DNA from: Octopus vulgaris
Taxonomy: Eukaryota
Direction: 5' to 3'
NCBI GenBank assembly: GCA_951406725.2
Contig: OX597816.1
Span: 109,430,001 to 109,494,000, forward strand
Length of the DNA stretch: 64,000 nucleotides
The notes under the pieces are model-generated. The model was not told the DNA's origin. It searched no databases and was given only the letters and a program-made list of their open reading frames with translations. Shown piece by piece: positions 49,905 to 64,000 of this stretch (position 1 is the stretch's first letter; each line of letters opens with the position of its first letter). The position numbers and the translations under genes were made by a program.

Positions 49905-50010
49905 GAATACGTGCGCGCGCACACACACATTTTATAAAAGTCATTTTCTCATGTTAAACCGTTAATCCGGATACATTGTTTCTCTCTCCACTTCGTTTCT
50001 TCTCATCCCG

Positions 50011-50042
50011 TTCTGACGAAGAGCGTAGGCACGAAATGTCAA
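50011..50042 (+). ncRNA. Minimal type I hammerhead motif (core intact, stems decayed)
   Basis: tt-CTGACGA-a-gagc-gtag-gcac-GAAA-tg-TC-aa. The downstream flank resembles that of the 47.6-kb copy. Confidence 0.6.
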
Positions 50043-50610
50043 AAGCATTCTTCCGTTCTTCCCGACCGTCAAACGAATACAACCGCTTGTTGATCCCTCG
50101 TCTTTCGTTTTCTATACATTTGGACTATATATATTTATACATAAATTTACATGCATACAACATATGCACATATAGCATATATACATAAGTATGTATGTAA
50201 TACTCAGACACGGATCATTCCATTATATGCATACACACACACACACACACACGCACTCAAACAAATATACCCACGCATTTTAAAAAGATCTTTCCACTTG
50301 CTTCAGTCTTCGCATTAGTGCCACGTTGTGAGACTGAACTGGAAACCGCATAGTTGCAAAGCGATATCAGCCATATCTGAAGTTTCAATGACTCAGTCTC
50401 TTATTGATGGAAATCAGTCTATAATTAACGAACATCTCATAAAGTTATAATGTACTGTTTAATTATCATTACAATCGCCACCATTACTAGAATCAAGACA
50501 AGCATCAAAATCACGGAAGGCATCACCTTGATTACCATCATCAGGTGAACATGATCACGACGCCATCACTTAACGACTAGAATAACAACATAACGGCTAG
50601 AATAACGCCT

Positions 50611-50683
<73 letters not shown>

Positions 50684-50772
50684 AACAAGAACAACAACAT
50701 TTTGCACCTCTTGGAAGACTTGCTGGATCAATGCAACTCTTCCATGCCAGATCAACATATGCTCTGCTGCTG

Positions 50773-50809
<37 letters not shown>

Positions 50810-50925
50810 AACTGCTGCTGCTGCTACCACTACTGCTGATGCCACCACTGCTGCTGCTACTACTACTACTACTACTACTACTACTAATACTACTACTGAT
50901 GCTGCCGCCGCTGCTGCTGCTGCTG

Positions 50926-50981
<56 letters not shown>

Positions 50982-51009
50982 GATGCTGCCGCTGCTGCTG
51001 CTGCTGCTG

Positions 51010-51063
<54 letters not shown>

Positions 51064-51076
51064 GTAGTACTACTAC
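50611..51076. repeat. Compound (CTA)n/(CTG)n trinucleotide array with a unique spacer at about 50700-50760
   Basis: Direct inspection; this is the source of the poly-Ser, poly-Leu and poly-Val ORFs. Confidence 0.95.
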
Positions 51077-52586
51077 TTTTTAACTTTTTTCCTTCTTTTC
51101 GAAGTCTTACTCGGAGCAATGCAACTCTGATCTTCAATACAGTTCTCATATCCTCAACCTGATTTCAAGGATCTTGCACAAGTTGATCAAGATATGTTCT
51201 GTTACTGCTACAATTACTGTTGCTGCTGCTGCTGCCACTACTACTATTACTACTACTACTACTACTACCACCACCACCACCACCAGGGCATCCACTTTAC
51301 TCATCAACGGCCAGGATCAGTTGCTTCGAGTTTTGAAATTACATTAAAACGATATGAAACATTCCGTACCTTATCAACAAGCGATTAAATAATGTATCAC
51401 ACCATTCTATATCTATCAATAGAAATATTTCGTTTCAAAAACATCAAATGAAGAAGAAAAATATCAGTAGTAAACATACTGCAAAGCAAGTTTCCGGAAA
51501 GACCAGAATGTTCCGGAATATGGTGGAACACAGTCTTCTATAATCACATGACATTTTTTGGGATTAATCCAACTTTTAGATTCCTGTTTCTTTCAGGTTT
51601 ATTTGATATTTGCTAAATTTATTATTCTTGGCTTGTCAGGAATTTAATCCTCGCAGATGATGTGGTCCTGTCCAACGTTCAAAATATTGTTGACGCCACT
51701 GTATACCATCAGCAACGTTATTATCGTCTCTTTGCCTCAACATTCTTTTTATTTTCCAATACTCCCAACATTTGTTCTTGTAATTTCGTTTACAGTACAA
51801 ATACATGCACATACATACAAACACATCCACGTATACACGCCCACACACATAATACACGTACATGTATTTATATATTTGTGCACATATCTACAAATATTGA
51901 TAGAGATAAATAGATTATATATGGCTGTATATATTCACCTGTGTGCTTAATTGCTTTATCAAAAGATGTTCAAGAAATGGCCTGTCGTTTCTTTGGAGAT
52001 AGCAAATACACACGCATACACAGACGCACATAGATATACACACACGACCACGAATTTCATCCGTTTACTATGTTATAGTCGAATAGATATTTTCTTGTTA
52101 CTTGCATTAATCATTGGACTGTGGCCATGCTGGGACACCACTCTTCAAGGGTTTTAGTCGGACAACTTGTCCCCAGTACATACTTATGTTGTGATTTTTA
52201 TTTACCTGGTAATTATTCTACCAGTCTCTTTTACTTTCACCGTTATATAGTAAAGAGCATGATCCCACTGTTTTGTATTTTGTCCAAGTGTTTTCTACCA
52301 TTGATTTGAGTAGACCCAAATTTCTTAGCTTATTCAGTGAAACTCGGTGAAAAGAAATTGTGTGTAAGTTAGTTGAATGCATTGCACCTGCAATTCAGAA
52401 CAACCATCTTATTCAAATCCCGAGGAACAGTGATTCGGAGGTGTTTTTACATTAAGTGCTAAGTGTAAACTAGATATACTCAGTCATCTAATCTAAAAGA
52501 CATGCAGGTTGTTTAGTTAATGGAACAGTTGGTATATATATAGTTGATGTAGATATATATAAATGCGCGTATCTGTCTATCCATCC

Positions 52587-52680
<94 letters not shown>

Positions 52681-52894
52681 ACACATACATACATATATAT
52701 ATATACATGTAATATATATATACGAGTGTGTATATACGTATATATATATATATATTTATACATGCATACATATATGTATGTATATACATTCACATATACA
52801 CATGTATATATTTACATATATATATGAGTATGTATATACATATATATATATATATATGTGTGCGTAGGTATATATATATATGTATGTATGTATG

Positions 52895-52932
<38 letters not shown>

Positions 52933-53004
52933 CATGTATATATGTATATATATATATATATAGGCATGTATATATGTATATGTATGTAGATATATATGTA
53001 TATA

Positions 53005-53082
<78 letters not shown>

Positions 53083-56000
53083 TTATATATATGTATGTAT
53101 GTTGTTTCTATGTATGTATAAATTAACCGGGCGCGACCTACTGTAAAGTCTAAGATATTCATATTTGAATGTTTCTGTGCATTTAAACACTATTTTGATA
53201 AATACTGTGATAAGATTAATGGAATAAAATGTCTGACTGTTGATAATCAAAGGTAGCTGGGAATAGGAGAATAAGTATTTATGGAGAAGAAGCTTCTAGT
53301 GACCATTATTTTCCCATTAGGGAAACATATAAATAACATGATGCCAGACTGGAAATTAAGTTCTCCATCAGTTTACCTCCATCGTATATTGTTCAAAATT
53401 AGAGTATATGGTGGCTTGATGATATAGCATAACTGGTATTTAGGTACACATATAATCGATTAATTGATGCAGATTATATTATTTAAAACAAATAATAACT
53501 TTACTTATTCCTTTATCTATTTCATGTAGTTGATAATTATAATAGTTTATAGGTATTTACTGTTGTTGCACAGTTATTTGATTCTACTGGCTCTTCAAAT
53601 TTATGTCCCACTTCTAGAGGCAGACTTCATAGTAATGTCTAGATATAGACTTCATTGCATACAATAAATTTTGCAGGTATCAATGAAAGAATCTGCCAAT
53701 TTTTAAATATATTCGTACATCCGGGAATCAACCATATAGGTCACTATTTGAACTATAAAGTTTTATTTTTTTGTCAATATTTCCTCAGTTTTCCTAGGAG
53801 GCAGTAAACTGGCAGGTCGTTTGAACATTGCATACACTATTACGCGGTATTTGTGCCGATGTAGAGGGCAACATTGTCTCTTATCTTTTCGGGATCGGTA
53901 AAAATATTCCCAATCCAGGCAGCTGTGGATTGATGAGACTCGTAGAAGATTGCTCAAGATGCAGCATTTGACTCGGCTTTTGGGTTCTGATAATGATGCC
54001 TCAGAAAATACTTGTGCCAAGATGTATTGGTTCGAGTCTTGGACGTTCGGAAAACATTTTGCCCAGGATTGTACGCACAAATGCAAATGGAGGCTTAGCC
54101 TTGATCAAGGGATGCCCTATACGTTTATTTCTTAGTTTCAATTTCATTCCGTGACTTCCAAATAAATAAGAAATAAAAACTATTTTAAAAAGTAGACTTT
54201 GATTTGAAACAAAAATAATTTCAAAACAGAATTGGATAGTTAGCAGCCTTACAAAATTTGTGAGAAACGTTTGCAAAGCAGAGTCGTGGAAGATCTTGGA
54301 AACCTGCGATGTCGGTAAATATTACCGAAATACGCAATTTAGATATTATGTGGATACAAGCTATGGAAACAGATTATATGTACATAGTTATTATTTGAGA
54401 CAGCATACGGTCTTTAGTGTCTTTGAAACATAGACTTTAACATTTAGACTATATATAATCATGTAATATACATTTTAAAATTTGCAAACTAAAGAGATTT
54501 TAGCGTGTAGAATATCTGTGTAAACTATATACGCATATTCTTGTCTCTACATGCTGAATTCAGTGTGTAATTGCTTATACAGATTGTAAAAGATGCATCT
54601 CAAAATGAAGAGATAATTTTAGTTCATAAAATGTTAAAAAGAAAAAGACAAACTATAATCAAAAGATATTTTACACAGATATAGTCTATAGATGTATTAA
54701 GATATCCTTAAGTCATTGCTAACATATTTATTACAGTGAGGAATATATTTTTAATTAATCACAACGCTCCGTGCAGTGTAGGGAAGATATTAGCTCAAAG
54801 CTTATATTTGATCAAAGGAAGTAGAGACGATATTGCCTAATCTGAATAATTTAAATTAGAATTACGCATACGGGGCGAGGAATATTAAGCGCTGTACATT
54901 TTTACGGTGGCTAATATTAATTAAATCTTGAAAAGCACGTGACAAAATTTGCCATGTTTCAGTCTTACTAGATCACCTCTGATAAACATATTTCAGTGTA
55001 TATAATAATAGTATTAAGAAAAATAACTAAATAGCTGTACGATAACGCATTCCATTTAACATGACAATTTACTTATTGTTTTTTACACCTACACATACAT
55101 ACACACTTTGCTACCTATGCCTACATACAAACACACACACACACATATAGACACCCATATACGCAATGTATTCGTACAAATATATATAATGCGCTCACAC
55201 ATAATCATATATGAGTCATATATGCCGTGGCAGGTGACTTAAAGATAGAATCTATGAAAACTAATTTTGCATAACGTTGACACTAGATTTTTTCTCTTCT
55301 TTTGCTTTCCCGTAACACGCGGATTTAAACTCAGAACACAGATGAATCAGATACCTCATCACCAATCCGTACAAATCGAGATAATCAGGCTAAAACTATT
55401 CACGTCAACTAATCTGTAACGCTCAATTAATATAACGAAAACGGGTTCTAAAAGATTAAGCTGCTATCTTCAAGTTTAGATTCATTCTATCATTTTGTAG
55501 ACAATTCATTTTGCCGTTCCTTCTCAGTTGTTGCTGTTGCTGTTTAGCGCTATGTCAGCCCAGATGAGAAACTTTATGATGAAAACCAGTTTGGCCATCT
55601 CAATCTCCACCTTAACGCAGCCATAATGTACACTAGAATACACTAAACATTATGTTCTTTCCATTTTTAGAGTAATTAATGAATTATTTGACAACTTCTT
55701 CTATCACACTGAATGACTACGAGAAGGTTTCATCTTGGGTTTGTGAAGTTCTTTTTTTGCCTCAGTCTGTCAAAGATAAAACCCAGAAGGCTGAATAGTA
55801 ATTATTCACATAACTCATTTAACATAGTGTTATTCCCCATCATATTGAAATCTCTGCGGACGTTGAACCTAGCATGTCAATCACACCAAGTGTAAGTGAA
55901 AAATTATTTGCATGTGCAAATAATTGTATTCTGAAATATGAAACAATCTTCGAGCGTATGAATAATCTCTCGTTACTTCGACCAAAGTAATTGTATTTTA

Positions 56001-58354
56001 ATTTGTATTCTGTGTAACATTTAAATACATCGAACATTCAAAGGTGCAATAAATATATATTAAGAATAATTGTTCGCAATTTCTTATATATGAAGAAAGA
56101 ATTCAAACCAATTTGCATATGTCAGCAACTAAATATAAATTTAGTAGAAATATTAAAAATGCAGCATTGATTGAAACGTCCATATATTCAATAGAAGAAT
56201 ACAAATTAAAGCGTGCATGCATCAGATAAAAGAAGAGATCTTTTAATGTAGATGAGATACAAGAATAGATATTAAAAACTGAGAAGAATAATTAGACTTT
56301 TATATATGTATAAACGATGTAGATATAACATAAGCTGCACAGAATAATAAACAAGATTGAAACAGAATATTATATATGAATTATATAAGTGCTCAAAGCA
56401 GAATGAAATGCGAAGGGAGAAACAATAACTGTTGTTATTCATACATCAGTTACATCAAAAATAAGCTAAAGTTTTAATATAATCAATCGCAAGGGAGGTA
56501 ATATGATAAGGCTCGAGGGAAAAGCAAGCAAAACAATTACATCATTTAGAATTCATTATCTAAATTGCACTCAAAGGCATACACACACGCACATCTCTAC
56601 GTATTAACATAGAGTCACAATTGCATATACATTTCCTCTGTCTCCATACAAATACTTACTCACATATGAATTCAGACTCGCGTAAACGTACATATTCATT
56701 TAATAACATAATGTTGTTATTCTACTGTGCTTAAATTGCTTAATTATATAAAAGAAAAATATCTATCTATCTGTCTGTCTGACTGTCTGTCTACACACAT
56801 GTATGCATATCCATCTATCTTCCTCGCCTCCCCTCTATATATGTATATGTATGTATATATATATGTATATTACGTGTGTGTGTGTGCATATCTGTGGAAG
56901 GTGTTTATAGTTCTATAAAGAATATATATACATATACATACATATATATATATATATTTATATGCGTATATATTTACACATACATACACACACACACATG
57001 TATATATATATATACACAATAAATGTATTTATAAAATGCTATGTATATACGCATACGCATGTATAAATGCATATGAATAATATTATATGTATATGTATGT
57101 GTGTATGTATATATATGTGTGTGTGTATACACACACACAACACATATATATATCTGTATATCTGTATGTAAATACAAATATATACCTGATATCCTTCGGA
57201 GAAATGGGGAAAGAAGGTGTTGTCTGAGTAAACAAAATACTAATCAAATGCAGATAAGCTTTTTCACACGCATTAACACAAGCAAACATAGAAGAACACA
57301 TGAACTGACACCGATATTATTAAATACATTAGTATATGTGTGCATATGATCCATATGTGTATGTATTTTGCCGACTGGAAATAGAGAATAATAATAATTA
57401 AAAAATGGAGAACAACAGAACGAATACAGACCTTGGCCGAATAACAAGTATACTTAATTCTGTAAACGATCCATTTATCCAACTATCCGTTCATCTTTCC
57501 ATCTGTCTATCCCTATTTTCTCTCTATGCATATCTGTTGTTGTTTCAATATACTTGTATGTGCACAGATACACACATACATACGCACATATACACGCACA
57601 CACACATACACACGGAGGTATACTTACCGTTAATTTTCTTCTAACAACATGACCAGATGTCACGACTCTCGTCTTCTCAGAGACGACTTGTAAAAGTGTT
57701 CATTGTTGATCTATATGCACAGTAAAAAGACAGGAGCGAAGTGGGCGAGGGCAAGCATTATGAAAGTAGTGAGAATGCTTAAGATATAGGTGTTAATCTT
57801 GCTAATAAGAATATAAAATAAAGGAACATTGTGTATCGTTAATCTTCCCACAGTTTTCCTCCTACCATCACTAAATATCTCAAAAGTTTTATTGTCATTT
57901 CGTTTATCATAATATTGTGATGGACTTATCTTTTACCTTACTTCCTCTCAGTTATGTTATTTGCTTATGTATTCTTCTTTGATTAATGTGAAGCTTCAGT
58001 GGAACACTCGCACAATGAACCGAGTGGTGGAATAAGATGGAGAACCACGTAGTTGCAAAGCAAATTTCTTAACCACTGGGGTGTTTAGAATATAAGAAAA
58101 TCATGAGTAACAACAGCTACAGCTGCAGCATTAGTACCAGTATATTCACAACAACAGTAATTCTTGTTACTATGGGCACAAGACATTAAATTATGATGGT
58201 GATAGGGCTAGCCGCATTTCAGCAATCCCTGTGCTCAACCGTAACTTATTCCATCGTTACCAATAGGTTGAAACGCAAAGTCAGCTTTAGTGGCATTTGA
58301 ACGTAAAGATGGACGACATACTCCTAAGTGGTGAGGTGGTAGGAACGTTAGCAC

Positions 58355-59624
58355 ACCGCTGGCGGTACCAGTCGTCCAGTATAGTCTTAATGTCATCAAT
58401 TTGAATTTGAATGATCTCCACTGTATGGATGTAAAGACCAGGAAACTGCTGACACTAAACAGGATGCACCACCCAGAATCAGATGTCCACACACCTTGCA
58501 TATCCCACGAAAGAACAGCGGCAGAGGCCTAATCCAGCTTGAAACGTCCTATAAAAAGCCAACGATAGGACTTCAAGTGCACATCCAAAGTAACACCGAC
58601 TGGTTGATACAGCTGGTAAGGCAACATGAACATATTACGAAATTACACTCACTCTCAAGGGAGGAATATAAACACAGACGAGAACTTAACATGCCTGTTT
58701 ATGATGATGATGAGGACGACACATCACCCACTGGGGCAGCAAAAAAGTGTAAGACAAAAGCCAAATAGGAAAACTTGAAGGAAATATCAAGGCCGTGGAA
58801 GAAAAGAAACAATGCATAGGCAAAACTCCAAACGAGCTGGGGAAGCTGATGTAGACATAAGAAGAACCTGTCAGTGGCTGCGCTGCAAGTGTTAGTTTGA
58901 AAACCGAAACAGAAGGAATCATCCTAGAAGCACAAAATCAAAGACTTCTCATCCGGAACTATCAAGCTAATGTCACCCACAATGTCACACACAATGAGGT
59001 AATATCACACACAATGCAATGGCAAACTTGAGAGAATTGACCACATTGTTTCTGGTTGCCCAGTCCTTGTCTCAACAGAATATAAAATCGGGCGTGATCG
59101 AGTTGACCAGTACTTGCACTGGAGCGTACACCATAAGAACTGGTACGAACACCATCCAGATTCAGTCACTGAGGGAGAGTATGTAACCATCCTATGAGAT
59201 TATGGAATACATACAGTCAGGAAAATAAATGGTAACAGACCAGATATTGTCATTAAATTCCTGTAACAGAAAACATACCTGTTAATTGACACGACAGTAC
59301 CTAGTGATAGAAACATGTCAGCAAAAAAACTTTAAAAACTCTCGAAATATAAGGACCTTGAGATTGAGATATATAGCAATTAAAAACCAAAACCCTCCCT
59401 GTTGATGTAGGTGCACTGGAAATGATCATGAAAGGTATTGACACAATTTTTAACCTGATACCTGGGAAACCAACAATCTATAAAACTCAAAAACTTGTGT
59501 TGACATCAACCGCCCACATTCTCAGGAAGTTTCTCTCTCTCTAATATATGTGCCTTACGTCTCTGGTTGAGACCCGGTGAGAAGATGAAATAAAATGCAA
59601 TTCAATCGGAAAATGATGATAAAA
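58355..59624 (+). mobile_element. 5'-truncated R4/Dong-clade LINE (stack member 1)
   Basis: LAVPVVQYS...DVKTRKLLTLNRMHHPESDV, PRKNSGRGLIQLE, KTETEGIILEAQNQ, IDHIVSGC, NWYEHHP, NRPDIVI and DVGALE. Followed by (TAC)n(TAA)n at 59625-59690. Confidence 0.88.
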
Positions 59625-59680
<56 letters not shown>

Positions 59681-59690
59681 ATAATAATAA

Positions 59691-60393
59691 TGATAAACAG
59701 GCCCGTAGCAAACAAGCTGATGTCGACCAGAAGCACACACACCAATGGTTACGAAGCTCAGCGCTAAAAGCAGAGAGTGAAGGTTTCATATTAGCTGTTC
59801 AAGACCAAAGCTTATTAACCCGAAACTACCAAGCCATTGTGATAAAAAATGGAGCTGACCCAAAATGCCGATTCTGTAACGATGAGATTGAAACAATAGA
59901 CCACTTAATATCAGGGTGTAGAGTTTTAGCACCTGCAGAATATAAAGCAAGACTTGACAGAATCGGCCAGTATTTACATTGGACAATATGTCGGCATTAT
60001 AAAATCAAATCCGTAGTAAATATAAAGACCCGCTAATAGAAATTGAAAAAATGTGGCATCTCAAGGCGACTACAGTACCAGTGATTGTAGGATCTCTAGG
60101 AACGATAAAAAAAGGTACTGAAACCTATTTGAAAATGACTCCAGGCTTACCATCCCTACAGGAAGTGCAAAAAATCGTATTAACTGGAAGGGCTCATGTA
60201 CTGAGAAGAACACTATCGCTGTGAAAATAACATCCATCCATGAATTTATTTAGTTATTAATTTTTAAATACATATTTTATCTTTGAATTTGCGCGTGTAA
60301 TCTGGAAATGCATACAATGCCCTTCTCTGCCCTAGGTGTATGGAAAACACTCAGCGAGAAACGGAAGAATATTTGAAGAAATAAGGAAAAAAC
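59691..60393 (+). mobile_element. 5'-truncated, internally deleted R4/Dong-clade LINE (stack member 2)
   Basis: QWLRSSALKAESEGFILAVQDQSL, CRFCNDEIETIDHLISGC...RLDRIGQYLHW and VPVIVGSLG. Followed by (TAA)n at 60394-60431. Confidence 0.88.
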
Positions 60394-60431
60394 ATAATAA
60401 TAATAATAATAATAATTAATAATAATAATAA

Positions 60432-61304
60432 ATGTCCCGATTCAGCACCATGAGAAAGCGATGGCAATAGAATCCCTTACTTGACAAATACTGGGATAAG
60501 CTAAACAGAAAAGAAATAGACAAAATAAAATCCCAACAATGGTTAAGAAGCTCAAGACTCAAAGCAAAGACCGAGTGATTTTTATTTGCAACACAAGTTC
60601 GAAGCCTCACCACCAGAAACACATAATGAAGCAAAATACAGCAAGTAATTTCAGAATATGTTGTGATGGGGGGAAGAAAGAATAAACCATATTGTTTCTG
60701 GCTACCCAGTCCTGGTTAAAAAGGAATGTATTCACAGACATGGTAAAGTTGAGCCCTATATATACTGGAAGCTATGCCAACACCATGGATTGACTACAAA
60801 AGAAAGATGATATAGGCACACTCCAGAAAAGGTTTCAGAATATGAGAAAACAACCATACTTTGGGATATGCCAAGACACACAGATAGAGAAATTAAGGCT
60901 AATTAACCGGTTATAGTTGTTACCGATCATCAAGAAAGAAATGCTTTCTAATCGATGTCTCAGCACCCACAGGTAACAATGTATCTCTAAAAGAAACAGA
61001 GAAACTCTTAAAATACAACGATCTGGAAATGGAGATAACGCGAATATGGCACCTAAAAACAGAAACAACCCCTATAATAATAGATGCATTAGGTATGAAT
61101 AAAAGAATTCATATGAATACATAATCAAAACATCAGAGCTTAAGAATGTATATCACAAACAGAAAATAGCATTAATGGGCACAGCACACACCCTACGTAA
61201 AGCAATTTCAATACAGCCCCAAAACAAACAATAGCGCATACCCAAGACACACAGTGCTGCGCACGGTAGTGCGGTGATGGCACGTGATAAAAATAAGAAT
61301 ACTG
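60432..61304 (+). mobile_element. 5'-truncated R4/Dong-clade LINE (stack member 3, same subfamily as member 4)
   Basis: Nucleotide similarity to 63395-64000 (aaaatcccaacaatggttaagaagctca...) and an ILWD motif. The 3' UTR is followed by (TAA)n at 61305-61336. Confidence 0.88.
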
Positions 61305-61336
61305 AATAATAATAATAGTAATAATAATAATAATAA

Positions 61337-64000
61337 GCTAAATGACTTAATATACGCAGCAGCCACTGCAGCCACAAAAGAAGCTGGATACTCAATCAAA
61401 CCCGTCCAAACAGGAGTACCACCGCCCAAACAAGCCCTGTGGATAAATAACATCCAAAATAAAATACAGAAATTAGAAAAGATCTGTCGATTCTTAATGA
61501 AATCAGCAAACAATCAACGCTACTGAGCAACAAAAAGAAAACAAAAATACTCCGCAAATATAACATCACAGAGAAAGATTTGCCTGAGATAAGAGAAAAG
61601 CTGAAGCAAGATATCCTTGCCAAAGCACAAAGGATCCGCCGGTACGAGAAACGCCAACGCTTCTTTGAACAAAACAAAAAGTTCAACTCCAACCCCAAAA
61701 AGTTCTACCAAGAACTTGGAAAAATAAAATAGAAGTCACTGCAGCACCAACGGCAGAAGAATTGGAAGAATTCTGGAGAGAAATATGGTCGGCGAACGAA
61801 CAACCAAATAAAAGGAGTATCAAAATAACAAACTCGGCATCTGAACAACTTTGGACCCCCCATAACAACTGAAGAGGTCACCCAGGCCCTGCAAAGACTA
61901 AGCAACTGGAAGGCACCTGGGCATGACAAGATTCCCAACTTCTGGTTGAAATATCTAACAGGAATGCACAAAAATCTGGCTGAAAACTTTAACAGCATAC
62001 TAGCAGAGCCAGAGACAATGCCTGAATGGCTCACGAAGGGGAAAACCATCTTAATTCCCAAATCAAATGAAACAGCAAAACCAGATAACTACAGACCAAT
62101 AACCTGCCTCCCTACTATGTTCAAGGCATTTACTGCAGTGATATCGCAAAGGTTGAACAAGCACCTGGACGAAAACAAACTGTTCCCAGAAGAGCAGAAA
62201 GGATGCCGCAAAGGCTCATATGGCTGTAAAGATCAACTAATGATTAATAAAGCCATAACTGAAGACAGCCACAGAAAGAAGAAAGGCCTCAGTATGGCCT
62301 GGATTGACTACAAAAAGGCGTTTGATAGCATCCCCCACACATGGATCCTCGAAACACTAGCCATTAACAAAGTAGCACCAACAATCGTAAAATTCATAGA
62401 GCACTCTATGAATAAATGGCAAACAGTCCTACACCTCCAAACAAAAGAGGGACTCATGAAAACCAAAGCCATCCCCATTAGAAGAGGAATATTCCAGGGA
62501 GACACGCTCTCTCCACTCCTTTTCTGCTTGGCACTGTCACCTCTATCTGATATGCTAAATAGAACTGGATGCGGATATAAATGTTACGGCAAAACGATCA
62601 GCCACCTTTTATATATGGATGACCTAAAACTATACGCTGCAAATGACAAACAGCTGGAAACACTATTAAAGACAGTTCATGGATTTACCAAAGAAATAGA
62701 TATGAAATTTGGATTAGAAAAATGCGCCAAAGTAACCATGAAAATTGAAAAACTAGTTAAGAGTAGCAATATCACACTAGATAAAACCAATGAAATAAAA
62801 GAATTAGACCAAAGCCAAACTTACAAATACTTAGGAATCCATGAACTAGATAAGACACAACACACACAAATGAAAGAGAAAATAAAAAAGAATATTATAG
62901 AAGAGTTAGATCAATACTAAAAACAGAGCTCAATGCTAAAAACAAGATAATAGGTATCAACACTTTAGCTGTCCCAGTTATAAGTTACAGCTACAATATC
63001 CTTAACTGGACACGAAATGAACTGACCAAAATAGATAGGAAAACAAGAAAAATAATGACAGGATCTAGAATGCATCACCCAAAATCTGACATAGAAAGAC
63101 TATATATACAATGTATAGAAGGTGGTAGAGGCCTTATACAGCTGGAAAACTACTATAAAATAACCACCATAGGACTGCAAAAATATCTACTTCAGAAGGA
63201 AGGAAAACTGATACAAATAGCGGCAAAACACGAGCAAAACAAAAAACTGCTCTCAGTATTTAAGGAAGCTGACAAATACAAACAAGAAATCATACCACCT
63301 AATAAACATGAAGACGAAGAAGAAGAAGATGAAGAAACAACAAAAGCTATAAAACAAATGAAATCCAAACTAAAAATATAACAGCAACGTACCATGATAA
63401 AACGATGGCAAGAAAAGCCCCTTCATGGTAAATACTGGACTAAAATAAACGCAAAAGAAATAGACAAAGAAAAATCCCAGCAATGGTTAAGAAGCTCAGG
63501 ACTCAAAGCAGAAACAGAAGGATTTTTAATTGCAGCACAAGACCAAAGCCTCCCCACCAGAAATTACCAAAAACATGTAATGAAAAGAAATATTACAAGT
63601 AACTGCAGAATATGTGGAGATGGACAACAAACAATAAATCATATCATCTCTAGCTTCCCAGTCCTGGCTAAGAAGGAATATATTCACAGACATGACAGAG
63701 TTGGAACCTACATACATTGGAAGCTATGCCAACATTATGGCACACACCAGAAAAGGTCACAGAAAACGAGAAAGCAACCAGACCAGATATAGTTGTCAGA
63801 GATCATGAAGAAAAAAATGCTTTCTAATTGATGTATCAATACCGGCAGATGACAATGTGTCTCTAAAAGAAATGGAGAAACTCTCAAAATACAAAGACCT
63901 GGAAATAGAGGTAACTAGAATGTGGAATCTGAAAACAGAAACAATTCCTATCATAGTAGGTGCATTAGGCATGATAAAAAAATATTCAGACAAATACATA
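61337..64000 (+). mobile_element. R4/Dong-clade LINE (stack member 4): RT, zinc knuckle and RLE; frameshifted and running off the window end
   Basis: ORF 61946-62920 has YRPITCL, EQKGC, WIDYKKAFDSIPH, RGIFQGDTLSPLLF, HLLYMDDLKL and YKYLGI. Later frames give GGRGL, EGFLIAAQDQSL, CRIC..H..(C>F), RHDRV, RPDIVV and IPIIVGALG. Confidence 0.95.

Noticed and set aside
50577-51162. Poly-Ser, poly-Leu and poly-Val ORFs of 190, 143 and 83 aa
   Set aside because: They come from a (CTA)n/(CTG)n array, with no convincing splice sites or domain.
57628-57710. Minus-strand exon-like segment ending ACG|gtaagt
   Set aside because: Weak acceptor, stops in the frames examined, and no linked exon identified.
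61946-62920. RT ORF as a domesticated gene or a retron/DGR-like system
   Set aside because: It is flanked by frameshifted LINE sequence with knuckle and RLE remnants and has sibling decayed copies, so it is an ordinary dead non-LTR retrotransposon.

Overview
AT-rich, microsatellite-dense eukaryotic DNA. The SINE, mariner and LINE repertoire looks like a cephalopod (Octopus-like) genome; this is an inference from remembered repeat motifs, not a search. The only well-supported host gene is the 3' part of a + strand spliced gene with exons 2004-2054, 4266-4371 and 5303-6009. It encodes a probably secreted protein: a follistatin-N-like Cys motif, one Kunitz/BPTI domain with an unusual P1 Gly, an acidic linker and a very basic tail. 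The rest is mostly mobile DNA. There are two same-orientation stacks of R4/Dong-type (RLE) LINEs nested in (TAA)n tracts (9.2-11.4 kb minus; 58.3-64 kb plus) and a decayed CR1-group LINE with a 283-bp local duplicate. There are also several mariner/Tc1/hAT remnants and MITEs, tRNA-derived SINEs, and six type I hammerhead-ribozyme-like motifs (one with an intact core) of the kind carried by Penelope-like elements. Almost all short ORFs in the track are microsatellite translations. I found no CRISPR, rRNA or bona fide tRNA genes.
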